Shown here: in pieces, positions 53,074-62,855 of the stretch | Position numbering within the stretch: position 1 is the first letter of the stretch | Layout of the letters: each line of letters starts with the position of its first letter | DNA from: an uncultured Candidatus Entotheonella sp. | GTDB taxonomy: Bacteria > Tectomicrobia > Entotheonellia > Entotheonellales > Entotheonellaceae | Reading direction: 5' to 3' | NCBI GenBank assembly: GCA_951828535.1 | Contig: OX639990.1 | Location: 109,300-173,299 of the forward strand | Length of the DNA stretch: 64,000 bases | Notes under the pieces: generated by a model | Told to the model about the DNA's origin: nothing | Database searches by the model: none | The model's input: only the letters and a program-made list of their open reading frames with translations | Position numbers and translations under genes: made by a program

Positions 53074-54685
53074 GACCAGTCGCCTTGAGCGTGACGGCTT
53101 TGCGGCACGGCGTTCGGTCGTCATGTCGTGCAACGGCATGGTGGCGACCAGCCAGCCGCTGGCCAGCGAGGCCGGATTGGCCGTTCTGAAAAAGGGGGGC
53201 AACGCGCTGGATGCCGCCATCGCCACGGCGCTGGTACTGGGTGTGGTGGAACCGATGTCCACCGGAATCGGCGGTGACGCCTTCCTGCTTTACTACCGGG
53301 CCGCCGACAACCGCATCTACGGGGTCAACGGCAGCGGCCGCTGCCCCGGGCGCCTGACGCTGGATACCTTGCGGCAGCGGGGCGTCGAGGGCGTACCGTC
53401 GAAGGGCTGGGAATCGGTCACCGTGCCCGGGGCTATCGACGCCTTTTCGGAGGTGCTGGAGCGCCACGGCAGGCTCAGCCTCGCGGAAGCCATCGAACCT
53501 GCGCTGTCCTATGCACGCGACGGCTTTCCGGTGAGCGAGGTCATCGCCAATCAGTGGCAGCATGAGGCGCCGCTGCTGCCGCAGCATCCCGCCAGCGCGC
53601 AAACGTATCTGATTGATGGCAAGGCGCCGCGGGCCGGGGACGTACACCGGCAGCCGAACCTTGGCAAGACCCTGCAGATTGTCGCTGAGGAAGGGCGCGA
53701 TGTCTTCTATCGCGGCGACATCGCCAAACGCATCGTGGCGTTTTCGGAGGCCAACGGCGGCTTTTTCGACACGGACGACTTCGCCGCCCACACCACCGAA
53801 TGGGTGGAACCCATCGGTACCGACTACCGCGGCCACACGGTCCTGGAGCTGCCGCCGAATGGCCAGGGAATTACCGCCCTGATGGCCCTGAACGTACTCG
53901 AAGGTTTTGACCTCTCGGGCTACGAGTACGGCTCAGCCCCGTATTACCACCTCCTCATCGAGGCCACCAAGCAGGCCTTCGCCGACCGCAACCGTTACAT
54001 CGCTGATCCCGCCTTCGCAAACGTCCCGATAGCGGGCCTGCTTTCCAAATCCTACGCTGCCGCTCGCCGCCAGGAAATCAATCCCAGCCGCGCCAGCGAT
54101 TTTTCAGCCGGCATGCCGGCGGCTTTCGGCGACACGGTGTACGTCTCCTGTGTTGACGCCGAACGCAACGCCGTCTCGCTGATTCATAGCTTGTTTCAGG
54201 GATTCGGTTCCGGCATCGTGGCGGGTGACACGGGTATCTGCTTGCAAAATCGCGGCGCCGGCTTCGCTGCTGACCCCAGCCATCCGAACGCGCTGCAGCC
54301 GGGCAAGCGCCCCTTCCACACCATAATTCCGGCGATGATTCTGCGCGACGGCAAGCCGTGGCTGTGTTACGGCGTCATGGGCGGCCACATGCAGGCGCAG
54401 GGCCATGTGCAGGTCGCCCTCAACAGCATCGATTTTGGCATGAATGTCCAGGAGGCTCTGGAGGCGCCACGTTGCCGCATCATGGGCGGCCGCGAAGTGG
54501 CGCTGGAACGCGCCGTCCCGCAGGCGGTTCGGGACGAGTTGGGCTTCATGGGGCACGAACTGTGGCCGCGCGGCGCGCAAAATGTATCGTACGGCGGTGG
54601 CCAAGCGATTTTGATCGATCACGAACGAGGGGTACTGCAAGGTGGGAGCGACTATCGGAAGGACGGGTGTGCTCTGGGGCATTAA
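53066..54685 (+). CDS. ggt: Gamma-glutamyltransferase
   Basis: It has ..MVATSQPLASEAGLAVLKKGGNALDAAIA..EPMSTGIGGDAF.., the autoprocessing site ..GDTVYVSCVD.., and ..GVMGGHMQAQGH... It overlaps mazG by 8 nt. Confidence 0.9.
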   Translation: MFETSRLERDGFAARRSVVMSCNGMVATSQPLASEAGLAVLKKGGNALDAAIATALVLGVVEPMSTGIGGDAFLLYYRAADNRIYGVNGSGRCPGRLTLDTLRQRGVEGVPSKGWESVTVPGAIDAFSEVLERHGRLSLAEAIEPALSYARDGFPVSEVIANQWQHEAPLLPQHPASAQTYLIDGKAPRAGDVHRQPNLGKTLQIVAEEGRDVFYRGDIAKRIVAFSEANGGFFDTDDFAAHTTEWVEPIGTDYRGHTVLELPPNGQGITALMALNVLEGFDLSGYEYGSAPYYHLLIEATKQAFADRNRYIADPAFANVPIAGLLSKSYAAARRQEINPSRASDFSAGMPAAFGDTVYVSCVDAERNAVSLIHSLFQGFGSGIVAGDTGICLQNRGAGFAADPSHPNALQPGKRPFHTIIPAMILRDGKPWLCYGVMGGHMQAQGHVQVALNSIDFGMNVQEALEAPRCRIMGGREVALERAVPQAVRDELGFMGHELWPRGAQNVSYGGGQAILIDHERGVLQGGSDYRKDGCALGH

Positions 54686-54765
54686 TCAAGGGCGGCGAGT
54701 TGCGTTTGTTGGGGGTTGGCCGTTTACTCCCCGCCCCGAATGGTCTGGTGCCGGTATCTCGGAAC

Positions 54766-55065
54766 TTACCCGCGCCGTCTCGCCGGAGCGGCGAGATTTT
54801 GCTTGAGGCCGGGCGCCGGCTTGAAGCCGACGGTCTTGCTGGCTTTGATGTCGATCGCAGCGCCCGTGCGCGGGTTGCGGCCCTTGCGAGCGGATCGCTC
54901 CTTGACCGAAAACGTGCCAAACCCCGGATAGGAGAAGCGATTCTCGTCCTTGATTGCCGTACCGATCACGCTAAAAACGGTGTCCAGGACCCCGGCAACG
55001 TCCTTCTTGCTGAGTTCCACGCCCGCAGACTTGACTACCTGATCAATAAATTCTGCCTTCGTCAT
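54766..55065 (-). CDS. HU/IHF-family DNA-binding protein
   Basis: The sequence is MTKAEFIDQVVKSAG..GFGTFSVKERSARKGRNPRTGAAIDIKASKTVGFKP... Confidence 0.9.
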   Translation of the reverse strand: MTKAEFIDQVVKSAGVELSKKDVAGVLDTVFSVIGTAIKDENRFSYPGFGTFSVKERSARKGRNPRTGAAIDIKASKTVGFKPAPGLKQNLAAPARRRG

Positions 55066-55240
55066 ATGTCCTTTACCTCCTTTCGTAGGTCACAGCACAA
55101 AACATTCCACCAGAACACGAGTCTCCAGTGGTCGCGACATTCTCTGCGTCAGAATCCATCTTTCGGCCAGCCAAGTCAAGGGCATGGCCGAAAATAGACC
55201 GGGAAAAAACCTCAAAATCCCCTGAAATACGGGGGCAAAT

Positions 55241-56284
55241 TCAATCTGCTTGCGGTGTCGGCAAGATGACCACCTTGAGCGCCTCACGGGCCATCATCAA
55301 TTGGAAAGCCTCCGGGAGGCGGGCCAACGGCAAGGTGGCGCTCAATAGCGAGGCCCAAGGCAATGTGGGATCCGCCAGAATCTCCAGGGCCTGCGCGACG
55401 TGCGTGGGGGTGTTATGGAACACACCTTGCAAGGTAATCTGGTCGTAGTGGAGAGCCGGGGCGTCCACGCGCATGCTGGTGCCGCCAGGGGGGCCGCCGT
55501 AAAAAATGGCCTGGCCGCCCTTGCGGACCATCGCTGTGGTGGTCTCCCAGACTTCGGGGCGTCCCACCGCCTCGATGGCCACTTCCACACCGCGACGACC
55601 TTCCGTCAGGGCGCGCACCGCCTCGACCTGATCGGGTACCTCGGCGTAGTTGACTAGCCATTCGATACCGAACTGCTGTGCTACCCGCAGGCGTTGCGGT
55701 GCCCGACCGCACAGAATCACCCGCGCGCCGCGCCGCTTGGCCATGGCTGCGAGCATCAGGCCGCTAGGGCCGTCGCCATTCACCGCCACGGTGTCCCCGA
55801 CGGCAAACGAGGCCAAGTCCAGACAGTGCAGCACGCAGGCCAAGGGTTCGGTGATGCACGCCACGGGGAAGGGGAGGGCGTCGGGAAGGCGCAGCATATT
55901 GATGCGTACGATGCGCTCCGGCACCGTCATGTATTCGGCGTAGGCGCCGTTGATGTACATCAGATCGTCGCACAGGTTTGCCTGGCCGCGTCCGCAGTAG
56001 TAACAACGACCGCACGGCGCTGAATTGTTGGACACCACCCGCATGCCGGGCTCGAAACCTCGCACTTGGCTGCCCACAGCCGCCACCGTGCCGCTGAACT
56101 CGTGTCCGAAGACCGAAGGCGGCGTCAGCATGCGCGCATGGCGGCCCTGTAAATAGACCTTCAGGTCGGTGCCGCAGGTGGTGGCGGCGGCCACGCGGAC
56201 CAGCACGTCGCCCGGGCCGATGTCCGGGACAGGAAGCGTTTCGACGGCGACCTGGCTCGGCCCGTAAAGCACCGCCGCCTGCAT
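55241..56284 (-). CDS. Zn-dependent medium-chain alcohol/polyol dehydrogenase
   Basis: The sequence MQAAVLYGP..VRVAAATTCGTDLKVY..GHEFSGTV..CGRCYYCGRGQANLC.. carries the catalytic and structural Zn motifs. Confidence 0.85.
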   Translation of the reverse strand: MQAAVLYGPSQVAVETLPVPDIGPGDVLVRVAAATTCGTDLKVYLQGRHARMLTPPSVFGHEFSGTVAAVGSQVRGFEPGMRVVSNNSAPCGRCYYCGRGQANLCDDLMYINGAYAEYMTVPERIVRINMLRLPDALPFPVACITEPLACVLHCLDLASFAVGDTVAVNGDGPSGLMLAAMAKRRGARVILCGRAPQRLRVAQQFGIEWLVNYAEVPDQVEAVRALTEGRRGVEVAIEAVGRPEVWETTTAMVRKGGQAIFYGGPPGGTSMRVDAPALHYDQITLQGVFHNTPTHVAQALEILADPTLPWASLLSATLPLARLPEAFQLMMAREALKVVILPTPQAD

Positions 56285-56307
56285 GGAACCATTGTGGCGC
56301 TGGGTTG

Positions 56308-57222
56308 TCAAAGGCGGTCTCCTCGTCCGCTGCCGGCTGTCGTTTGGCGTTGTCTCGGCCATTTGTCGCGGGTCTGGAGCGCCACGAACGTCCCCAGGCC
56401 AATGGCCAGTTTGTGCAGCCCTGACAGGCGCGTGCGACCGTGAAAGACGTTGAAGTGCCGGCGTCGGATCTTGTGAAGCGTCGCCCGGTAGATGGCAGCC
56501 ATGATTTCCGGCGCCATCAGGCCGGCCCGGTCGCCCGGCAGCAAGCAGGCAGCGGCTCGGCGGTAATAGCTCATGATACGCTCCTGCTGAAACTGCATCA
56601 GCGCAGCAAATTCTGCCGTGTAACGTCTTTGCAGCACATCGTCTTCGGGTACGCCAAAGGCTCGTAAATCTTCCTGCGGCAAGTAGATCCGGCCGCGCTC
56701 GGCGTCTTCCCGGACATCGCGCAGAATGTTCGTGAGTTGTAAGGCGATGCCGAGATGGTGGGCATATGTCCGGACGCCGGAATGTTGGTAACCGAAGATC
56801 TCCAGACAGGCCAAGCCGACCGCTGAGGCTACCCGGTAGCAATAGACCCGCAGGTCGTCGAACGAGGCGTAACGCTGCACGGTCAGGTCCATCTCGACCC
56901 CTTGCAGCAGGTCCTCGAAGTAGCGACGCGGGATGGAATATCGCTCGATGGCGTGCCGCAAAGCGCGCGTGATGAGGCGGGTCGGCTTGCCGTTATAGCA
57001 ATTATCCAACTCGCCGCGCCAAGCTCTTAGTTGGCCTTGTTTGTCGTGGAGGGTGCCGGGCTCGTCGGCAATGTCATCGCTATGGCGGCAGAACGCATAG
57101 ACGCTGTAGACGGCCGCGCGCTTGTCGGAGGGCAGGAACAGAAAGGCGTAATAGAAATTCTTGGCTTGCTGACGGGTCACCTGTCGGCAATGCGCCAGCG
57201 CCTGCTGCACGTCGGTGTTCAC
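56308..57222 (-). CDS. Squalene/phytoene synthase family protein (HpnD/CrtB-like)
   Basis: It has ..AKNFYYAFLFLP..RAAVYSVYAFCRHSDDIAD.. and a second Asp-rich region ..NILRDVREDAERGRIYLP... Confidence 0.85.
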   Translation of the reverse strand: MNTDVQQALAHCRQVTRQQAKNFYYAFLFLPSDKRAAVYSVYAFCRHSDDIADEPGTLHDKQGQLRAWRGELDNCYNGKPTRLITRALRHAIERYSIPRRYFEDLLQGVEMDLTVQRYASFDDLRVYCYRVASAVGLACLEIFGYQHSGVRTYAHHLGIALQLTNILRDVREDAERGRIYLPQEDLRAFGVPEDDVLQRRYTAEFAALMQFQQERIMSYYRRAAACLLPGDRAGLMAPEIMAAIYRATLHKIRRRHFNVFHGRTRLSGLHKLAIGLGTFVALQTRDKWPRQRQTTAGSGRGDRL

Positions 57223-57270
57223 GCAAAAACCCTCATCCCGGCGGTTTGCAGGTCAACAAAACGGCGGTCA

Positions 57271-57299
57271 TTGTCGCAAATCTGAGTGCCTGATACAAT
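57271..57299 (+). promoter_or_regulatory. Candidate sigma70-type promoter of the radical-SAM gene
   Basis: TTGTCG (57271-57276), a 17-nt spacer, then TACAAT (57294-57299). Confidence 0.35.
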
Positions 57300-57367
57300 C
57301 GCTGCCGACACCTCCCTCCCCGGCATGGGCACAACACGAGGGCCTCTTGGCCCAGGGAACCCCCTTT

Positions 57368-58255
57368 ATGCAGACCATACCCCAGGCACCCTTCCATCAC
57401 CTGCACGCCCTGTGGTTCCAACTGACCGGAACCCTGTGCAACCTGGCGTGCAGCCATTGCTTCATATCTTGTAGCCCGACCAACCACGCCCTCAAATTTG
57501 TGGCGCCGGAAACCGTGTACCAATACCTCGACGAAGCGGAGACGCACGGCGTGCGGGAGGTGTACTTCACCGGCGGCGAGCCGTTTCTGCATAAGCAGAT
57601 CATGCCCATCCTGGCGCGCTCGCTGCAGGTGGCCGCTACGTCGGTGCTGACCAATGGCACCCTGATCACCCCGGCGGTGGCCGGCGAGTTGGCGGCGCTG
57701 GCCGCCGGGTCGCCCTATTCCCTGGAGATGCGCATCAGCCTGGACGACGTGGACGAGGCGCGGAACGACGCCGTGCGCGGCAAGGGCGCCTTGCGCCGGG
57801 CCTTACGGGCGCTGCAGTTGCTACAGGAACGGGGACTGCCGCCCATCGTGGCGGTGACGGAATACTTCTACGAGGCGCAGGAAACGACCCCGCAGGAGGC
57901 GGGTGACGGCAGCGGGTTTTATCAGAAATTCCGGGATTTCCTGCTGGAAAACGGTATCGAAAAACCTCGGCTGAAGGTGATTCCCGTATTCGCCATGGGC
58001 AAGCTGCATCCCTCGGAAACGGGCGCTTCTTACGTCACCCCGGGCATGATGCACGGCTTCGACGTCACCACGCTGCAGTGCACCAAATCCCGCATCGTCG
58101 CCGATGGCGGTGTCTACGCCTGCCCGCTGCTGGTAGGGGAGCCGGAGGCGCGTCTGTCGGAAAGTTCATTGAGCGAGGCGATGCAGCCCTGCTCGCTCTA
58201 TCACACGGCTTGCCATACCTGCTACGTGACCGGCATGACGTGCAGCAACTACTGA
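57368..58255 (+). CDS. Radical SAM protein with Cys-rich (SPASM/twitch-like) C-terminus
   Basis: It has CNLACSHC (CxxxCxxC), ..VYFTGGEPFL.., and a C-terminal ..CTKSRIVADGGVYACPLL..CSLYHTACHTCYVTGMTCSNY. Confidence 0.8.
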   Translation: MQTIPQAPFHHLHALWFQLTGTLCNLACSHCFISCSPTNHALKFVAPETVYQYLDEAETHGVREVYFTGGEPFLHKQIMPILARSLQVAATSVLTNGTLITPAVAGELAALAAGSPYSLEMRISLDDVDEARNDAVRGKGALRRALRALQLLQERGLPPIVAVTEYFYEAQETTPQEAGDGSGFYQKFRDFLLENGIEKPRLKVIPVFAMGKLHPSETGASYVTPGMMHGFDVTTLQCTKSRIVADGGVYACPLLVGEPEARLSESSLSEAMQPCSLYHTACHTCYVTGMTCSNY

Positions 58256-58264
58256 GGGGGCAAC

Positions 58265-59050
58265 GTGTTCTATCGCCGCATCGCCGTGTTTGGCGGGGTG
58301 TACAGTAATTACCAAGCTCTGGCCGCTATGATCGATGACGCCCGCCGGCACCAGGCGGAAGCGCTGTTCTGCCTTGGCGACCTGGGTGGCTTCGGTCCCT
58401 ACCCGGACCGCGTTTATCCGTTGTTGCGGGAATCCGGCGTGCAGGTCATGCGCGGTAACTACGACGTTTCGTTGGCGGAAGGGCTGACAGACTGCGGTTG
58501 CGGCTACACGGACCCGCGCGACAACTACTACGCGGCGCTGAGCTACGAATACACCTTTCGGCACACCTCGGAGGACAACAAGGGGTGGTTGCGCACCCTG
58601 CCGGACGTGCTGCGCGTGCAGTTGGGAAATTACCAACTGCACATGTCCCACGGCTCGCCGCGGCAGGTGAACGAATTTCTTTGGGAGAGCACGACGCCGG
58701 ACGGCTTTCTCAGCAAGCTGTGCGGCGACTATGAAGCAGATGTGCTGTTGTGCACCCATACGGGGATCAAGTGGCATCGCCGCCTGCCGGACGATCGCCA
58801 CGCCGTGAACGTCGGCGTCATCGGGCGCCCGGAGAACGACGGCGAGACGCACGTCTGGTACACCCTGCTGACGGCCGACCCCCACCTGCAGGTGGAGTTC
58901 GTTCCGGTATATTACGACTACGAGGCGTTAGCGCGTGACATGCGGCAGGAGCAGTTGCCGGAGGCGTTCGTCGAAACGATCCGCTCCGGCTGGTGGACGA
59001 CCTGCCTGGAAGTGTTGCCGGGCAAGGAGCGGGCGCGCGGACGTTGGTAG
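58265..59050 (+). CDS. Metallophosphoesterase (calcineurin-like, MJ0936/YfcE-type)
   Basis: It has ..IAVFGGVYSN.., ..FCLGDLGGFGP.., ..MRGNYD.., ..MSHGSP.., and ..LCTHTG... The GTG start lies 9 nt after the radical-SAM stop. Confidence 0.8.
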   Translation: MFYRRIAVFGGVYSNYQALAAMIDDARRHQAEALFCLGDLGGFGPYPDRVYPLLRESGVQVMRGNYDVSLAEGLTDCGCGYTDPRDNYYAALSYEYTFRHTSEDNKGWLRTLPDVLRVQLGNYQLHMSHGSPRQVNEFLWESTTPDGFLSKLCGDYEADVLLCTHTGIKWHRRLPDDRHAVNVGVIGRPENDGETHVWYTLLTADPHLQVEFVPVYYDYEALARDMRQEQLPEAFVETIRSGWWTTCLEVLPGKERARGRW

Positions 59051-59091
59051 GATTTTCGGCCGGAAGCAGGATGGTGGACGAGCCGTCCGTT

Positions 59092-59541
59092 CTATTCGTT
59101 GAGGAGTGAGAGCGTTCCCGCCGCAACGCTGGCGATGGTCCCTGCCAATACTCCGCCCGTCCTTAGCTTCCTGGCGAGCGCCTCACGCGCCGCGGTAGCT
59201 TGCCTCGACGCGTTGGTATCGACCATGACATAGTCCACCTGCGTGCCGTCCATAAACCACACGGCGCGAAACGGTTCCATGTAGATCCACTCGTAGACGG
59301 GTCTGCGGGATTCGACGTCGCGAAAGAATCGCAGCACGTCCGGCGTGCCGAATTCCTCGAACACGTTGCGCTCATCGTCAGACAGCTTGTCGGTGTTGAT
59401 CGTGCCGCTTGTCCAGCGATTCGTGATGTCCTCCACCGGGTCCCAGCCTTGCATGTAGGACGCCTGCACGCCGCAACCCGCCAGCATGCAGGCCAGCAAC
59501 ACGAAACCGCTCAGCTTGGACCAGAAACGTTGCACCGTCAT
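59092..59541 (-). CDS. Predicted lipoprotein, unknown function
   Basis: It has a lipobox ..FVLLACMLAGC. No family recognised. Confidence 0.55.
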   Translation of the reverse strand: MTVQRFWSKLSGFVLLACMLAGCGVQASYMQGWDPVEDITNRWTSGTINTDKLSDDERNVFEEFGTPDVLRFFRDVESRRPVYEWIYMEPFRAVWFMDGTQVDYVMVDTNASRQATAAREALARKLRTGGVLAGTIASVAAGTLSLLNE

Positions 59542-59689
59542 TTGTCTCCTCAATTCGGGCCATTCGGGAATCACAAGGCATTCTAGCAGCGGCGCCGCGC
59601 CGCCACAAACCGGCAGGGCATGGTGGCAATTGATCCTGCGGAAGCTGCTCCGTATAGTAGGTGCCTCAATCTGGAATCCGTCAGCGGAA

Positions 59690-60709
59690 ATGAAACCGAC
59701 CATGTTGCCGACGCCTCATCGTTTCGATGTGATTATCGCGGCGGGAAACCGCCGGGCGAGCCGTGCAGTTCTGGGCACCAACAAAATCTTGTTGCCCGTG
59801 GCCGGCGTGCCGGTCATTACGCACGTCCTCAGCGCCGTCGAACGCGCCCGCTGTACCGACCGCATCTTCGTCATAGGCGATACCGCGCAGCTTGAGGAAG
59901 CCCTCGCCAGCCCCCACAGCCCGTTTCAGGGCAAGCGCCCCTTGCACCTTCTTGAGCAATACCAGACCTTCTACGAAAACGTCTGGCAAGGTTTTCTGCA
60001 CACCCTGCCGGACTACGCGCCTGAAACCGGATGGCAGGTCTATCTGGACAGGCCCGAAGCCGACAAGGCGGCCCTGTTCATGTCGGGTGACATCCCGCTG
60101 GCGACACCGCAAGAGATCGAGGCGTTCGTCGCAAGCTGCGATGTCACCCGGTACGACTATTTCCTGGGCATGACGTCGGAGCAGGTGCTGCGAGCCTACT
60201 ATCCGCGGCATGGCCGGCCCGGCATCCATATGGCGTATTTCAACCTGCGCGACATGCAGATTCGCCAGAACAACCTTCACCTGGTGAAGCCCTTCCGGCT
60301 GGGCAATCGTTTCTATATTGAGAAGATGTACGACTACCGGTACCAGAAGGAATGGCACAACATCCTGAAGCTGTGTTGGGAATTGATCGGCAAGCAGCGC
60401 GGCTCCATGCAATTCGTTGCTGCATTCCTGCGCTTGCACGCAGCGCGCCTGCTGGCCCGCTACGGCTTGCGGGATTACCGGCTCACCCGGCCCATCTTCA
60501 TGCAGTTACAGGCTGTGTGCAGTGTGTTGTCGCAACTCCTGAGCACCCGCTTCACCATTGTGACGACCCCGTACGGCGGCTGCACGCTTGACATCGACAA
60601 CGCCGAGCACTACGCCGCCCTGTGCGCCAATTTCACGGCGTGGCTGAGCCACCAGGAGATGCTGGCTCAAGAATTGAAAGACAACCCGTACGATGCGCTT
60701 TCTGCGTGA
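59690..60709 (+). CDS. MobA-like nucleotidyltransferase (NTP_transf_3) domain protein with long C-terminal extension
   Basis: It has ..FDVIIAAGNRRASR..NKILLPVAGVPVITHVL..RIFVIGD... The C-terminal ~200 aa is unassigned. Confidence 0.6.
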   Translation: MKPTMLPTPHRFDVIIAAGNRRASRAVLGTNKILLPVAGVPVITHVLSAVERARCTDRIFVIGDTAQLEEALASPHSPFQGKRPLHLLEQYQTFYENVWQGFLHTLPDYAPETGWQVYLDRPEADKAALFMSGDIPLATPQEIEAFVASCDVTRYDYFLGMTSEQVLRAYYPRHGRPGIHMAYFNLRDMQIRQNNLHLVKPFRLGNRFYIEKMYDYRYQKEWHNILKLCWELIGKQRGSMQFVAAFLRLHAARLLARYGLRDYRLTRPIFMQLQAVCSVLSQLLSTRFTIVTTPYGGCTLDIDNAEHYAALCANFTAWLSHQEMLAQELKDNPYDALSA

Positions 60710-60840
60710 CGTTGGAATGGCGGCCGTCCCGAAGGATAATGTTGGCTTTGGCTCAAGGCGCAGCCGTTTGCGACTCACCGGGAAAGCCTGTAAGGTGAAT
60801 GCCTTGAACATCACAGCGTCAATTCTCAGGAGACCATGCG

Positions 60841-61434
60841 ATGCAGCAAGCTGACGCTCCGGCAGTGAACGGCGTGATCAATCAGGAAAAAATTGCCGCC
60901 GGCGTGCGAATGATCATTGAGGCGATCGGCGACGACCCCGACCGCGAGGGGCTGAAGGACACGGCCAGCCGGGTCGCCAGGATGTATGGCGAGTTCTTCC
61001 AGGGGCTGCACGAGGACCCGCGCACCTACCTGCAGGTGGTGTTCGACGAGCAGCACGATGAGATGGTGCTGGTGAAGGACGTGCCGTTCCACTCCATGTG
61101 CGAGCACCATTTGCTGCCGTTTCACGGCCGGGTGCACGCTGCCTACATTCCGCGCGGCAGGGTCGTCGGGCTCAGCAAAATTGCTCGTGTCATCGAAGTG
61201 TTCGCCCGCCGTCCGCAGGTGCAGGAACGCATGACGTCGCAAATTGCCGACCTGTTGATTGACGAGTTGGACGCGCACGGTGTTGGTATCGTCGTGGAAG
61301 CCTCCCACACCTGTATGACCATGCGCGGCGTCAAGAAGCCCGGCTCGCTGATGGTCACCTCGGCCATGCGCGGTTCGTTCAAGACCGATCAGGCCACCCG
61401 CAGTGAATTCATGTCGCTGGTCGTCAGCCGCTGA
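60841..61434 (+). CDS. folE: GTP cyclohydrolase I
   Basis: It has ..[18 protein letters not shown].., ..[32 protein letters not shown].., and ..RPQVQERMT... Confidence 0.95.
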   Translation: MQQADAPAVNGVINQEKIAAGVRMIIEAIGDDPDREGLKDTASRVARMYGEFFQGLHEDPRTYLQVVFDEQHDEMVLVKDVPFHSMCEHHLLPFHGRVHAAYIPRGRVVGLSKIARVIEVFARRPQVQERMTSQIADLLIDELDAHGVGIVVEASHTCMTMRGVKKPGSLMVTSAMRGSFKTDQATRSEFMSLVVSR

Positions 61435-61462
61435 TGCCCTCCCTTCACGTCGAGACAACCCA

Positions 61463-61855
61463 TTGAGCTGCGACACCATCCACCTCCGCAACATGCAGTT
61501 TTATGCCTATCACGGCGTCAATCCCGAAGAAAAAACCCTTGGACAACGCTTCGAAGTCGATGTCGCGCTGCAAGTGGACGCGCGCCCGGCGGGGTTGAGT
61601 GACGACCTACGACAGACGATCAACTACGCGCAGGTCTACAAGTTGGTGAAACGTATCGTCGAGGAGGAGCGGTTCGATCTCGTCGAGGCGCTCGCCGAGA
61701 CACTGGCGATGCAGATCGGCAAGCAGTTTGCCCCCGACGGCGTGCGGATCTGCGTTCGCAAGCCGCACGTGGCGCTGAAGGGGAGCGTGCTGGACTATGT
61801 CGGCGTCGACATCGAACGCTCACAGGAATCATGGCAGTCGTCTATCTCGGATTAG
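61463..61855 (+). CDS. folB: Dihydroneopterin aldolase
   Basis: It has ..DTIHLRNMQFYAYHGVNPEEKTLGQRFEVDVAL.. and ..DLRQTINYAQVY... The start (TTG 61463 or ATG 61484) is uncertain. Confidence 0.85.
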   Translation: MSCDTIHLRNMQFYAYHGVNPEEKTLGQRFEVDVALQVDARPAGLSDDLRQTINYAQVYKLVKRIVEEERFDLVEALAETLAMQIGKQFAPDGVRICVRKPHVALKGSVLDYVGVDIERSQESWQSSISD

Positions 61856-62346
61856 GCTCCAACATCGGCGATCGCGAGCAGCACCTAGTGCGCGCCTGCG
61901 GCCTGTTGCACCAGCATCCGGCCATCGCCGTGCAGAACGTCTCGTCGCTCTATGAGACCGCCCCGGTCGGCCTTACCGCGCAGGACGCCTTCCTGAATGC
62001 CGTCGCGCGGGTGCATACCACCCTGCGCCCCGAATCCTTGCTCGCCATCACGCAGGCGGTCGAAAGCCGCTTGGGGCGCGAGCCTGCAATCAGGTGGGGT
62101 CCGCGAGTCATCGACGTCGACCTCCTGCTCTACGACGCTCGGCAGATCCGCAGGCCCTTTCTCGATATTCCCCACAAAGCCTTGAACCAACGGCTGTTCG
62201 TGCTCGTTCCTCTCAGCGAACTTGAACCGAATCTGCATTTGCCGCCGGGCGAGCCCATCCGCCAAATCATCGCCGCCTTGCCGGATCAGGGCGACGTGAC
62301 GCGCCTCGGCCCATTTCCCCCTTTTGCGAACGGAAATCGATCATGA
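61831..62346 (+). CDS. folK: 2-amino-4-hydroxy-6-hydroxymethyldihydropteridine diphosphokinase
   Basis: It has MAVVYLGLGSNIGDRE.., ..SSLYETAPVG.., ..RWGPRVIDVDLLLY.., and ..IPHKALNQRLFVLVPL... Confidence 0.9.
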   Translation: MAVVYLGLGSNIGDREQHLVRACGLLHQHPAIAVQNVSSLYETAPVGLTAQDAFLNAVARVHTTLRPESLLAITQAVESRLGREPAIRWGPRVIDVDLLLYDARQIRRPFLDIPHKALNQRLFVLVPLSELEPNLHLPPGEPIRQIIAALPDQGDVTRLGPFPPFANGNRS

Positions 62347-62846
62347 GCCACCAGGAACACCGGCAGCAGGCCGCCGATGGCATCCGCTGTGCGATCATCA
62401 CGGTCAGCGACACCCGCACACCGGAAACCGACACCAGCGGACGGCTGATGCAGGACGCTCTCACACAGGCGGGCCACGCCGTCCACGCCTACTGCATCGT
62501 CGAAGACGAGCCCGACGACATCCGGCGCCTGCTGCGGCATCACATCCAGGACGCCGACACCGACGCCGTTCTACTGAGCGGCGGCACGGGCCTGTCGCCG
62601 CGCGATGGCACGTACGAAGTGGTGCGGGATTGTCTGGAAAAGGAGTTGACGGGCTTCGGCGAGCTCTTTCGCTACCTAAGCTACGACCAGATCGGCGCCG
62701 CGGCCATGATGAGCCGGGCCACCGCTGGGGTCGCCAAGGGCACGGTCATCGTCTCCATGCCCGGGTCGAGCGCCGCAGTGCGCTTGGCCATGGAAAAGCT
62801 CATTCTGCCCGAACTGGCGCACATGGCTCATATCGCGGGAGGTTGA
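62343..62846 (+). CDS. moaB: Molybdenum cofactor biosynthesis protein B (MoaB/Mog family)
   Basis: It has ..AIITVSDTRT..DTSG.., ..LLSGGTGLSPRDGT.., ..SRATAGV..GTVIVSMPGS... Confidence 0.85.
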   Translation: MSHQEHRQQAADGIRCAIITVSDTRTPETDTSGRLMQDALTQAGHAVHAYCIVEDEPDDIRRLLRHHIQDADTDAVLLSGGTGLSPRDGTYEVVRDCLEKELTGFGELFRYLSYDQIGAAAMMSRATAGVAKGTVIVSMPGSSAAVRLAMEKLILPELAHMAHIAGG

Positions 62847-62855
62847 AGCCAAGTC

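Noticed and set aside
60710-60840. Possible folate/THF-type riboswitch upstream of folE
   Set aside because: I could not recognise any conserved riboswitch core or a convincing stem/terminator by eye. A covariance-model scan would be needed.
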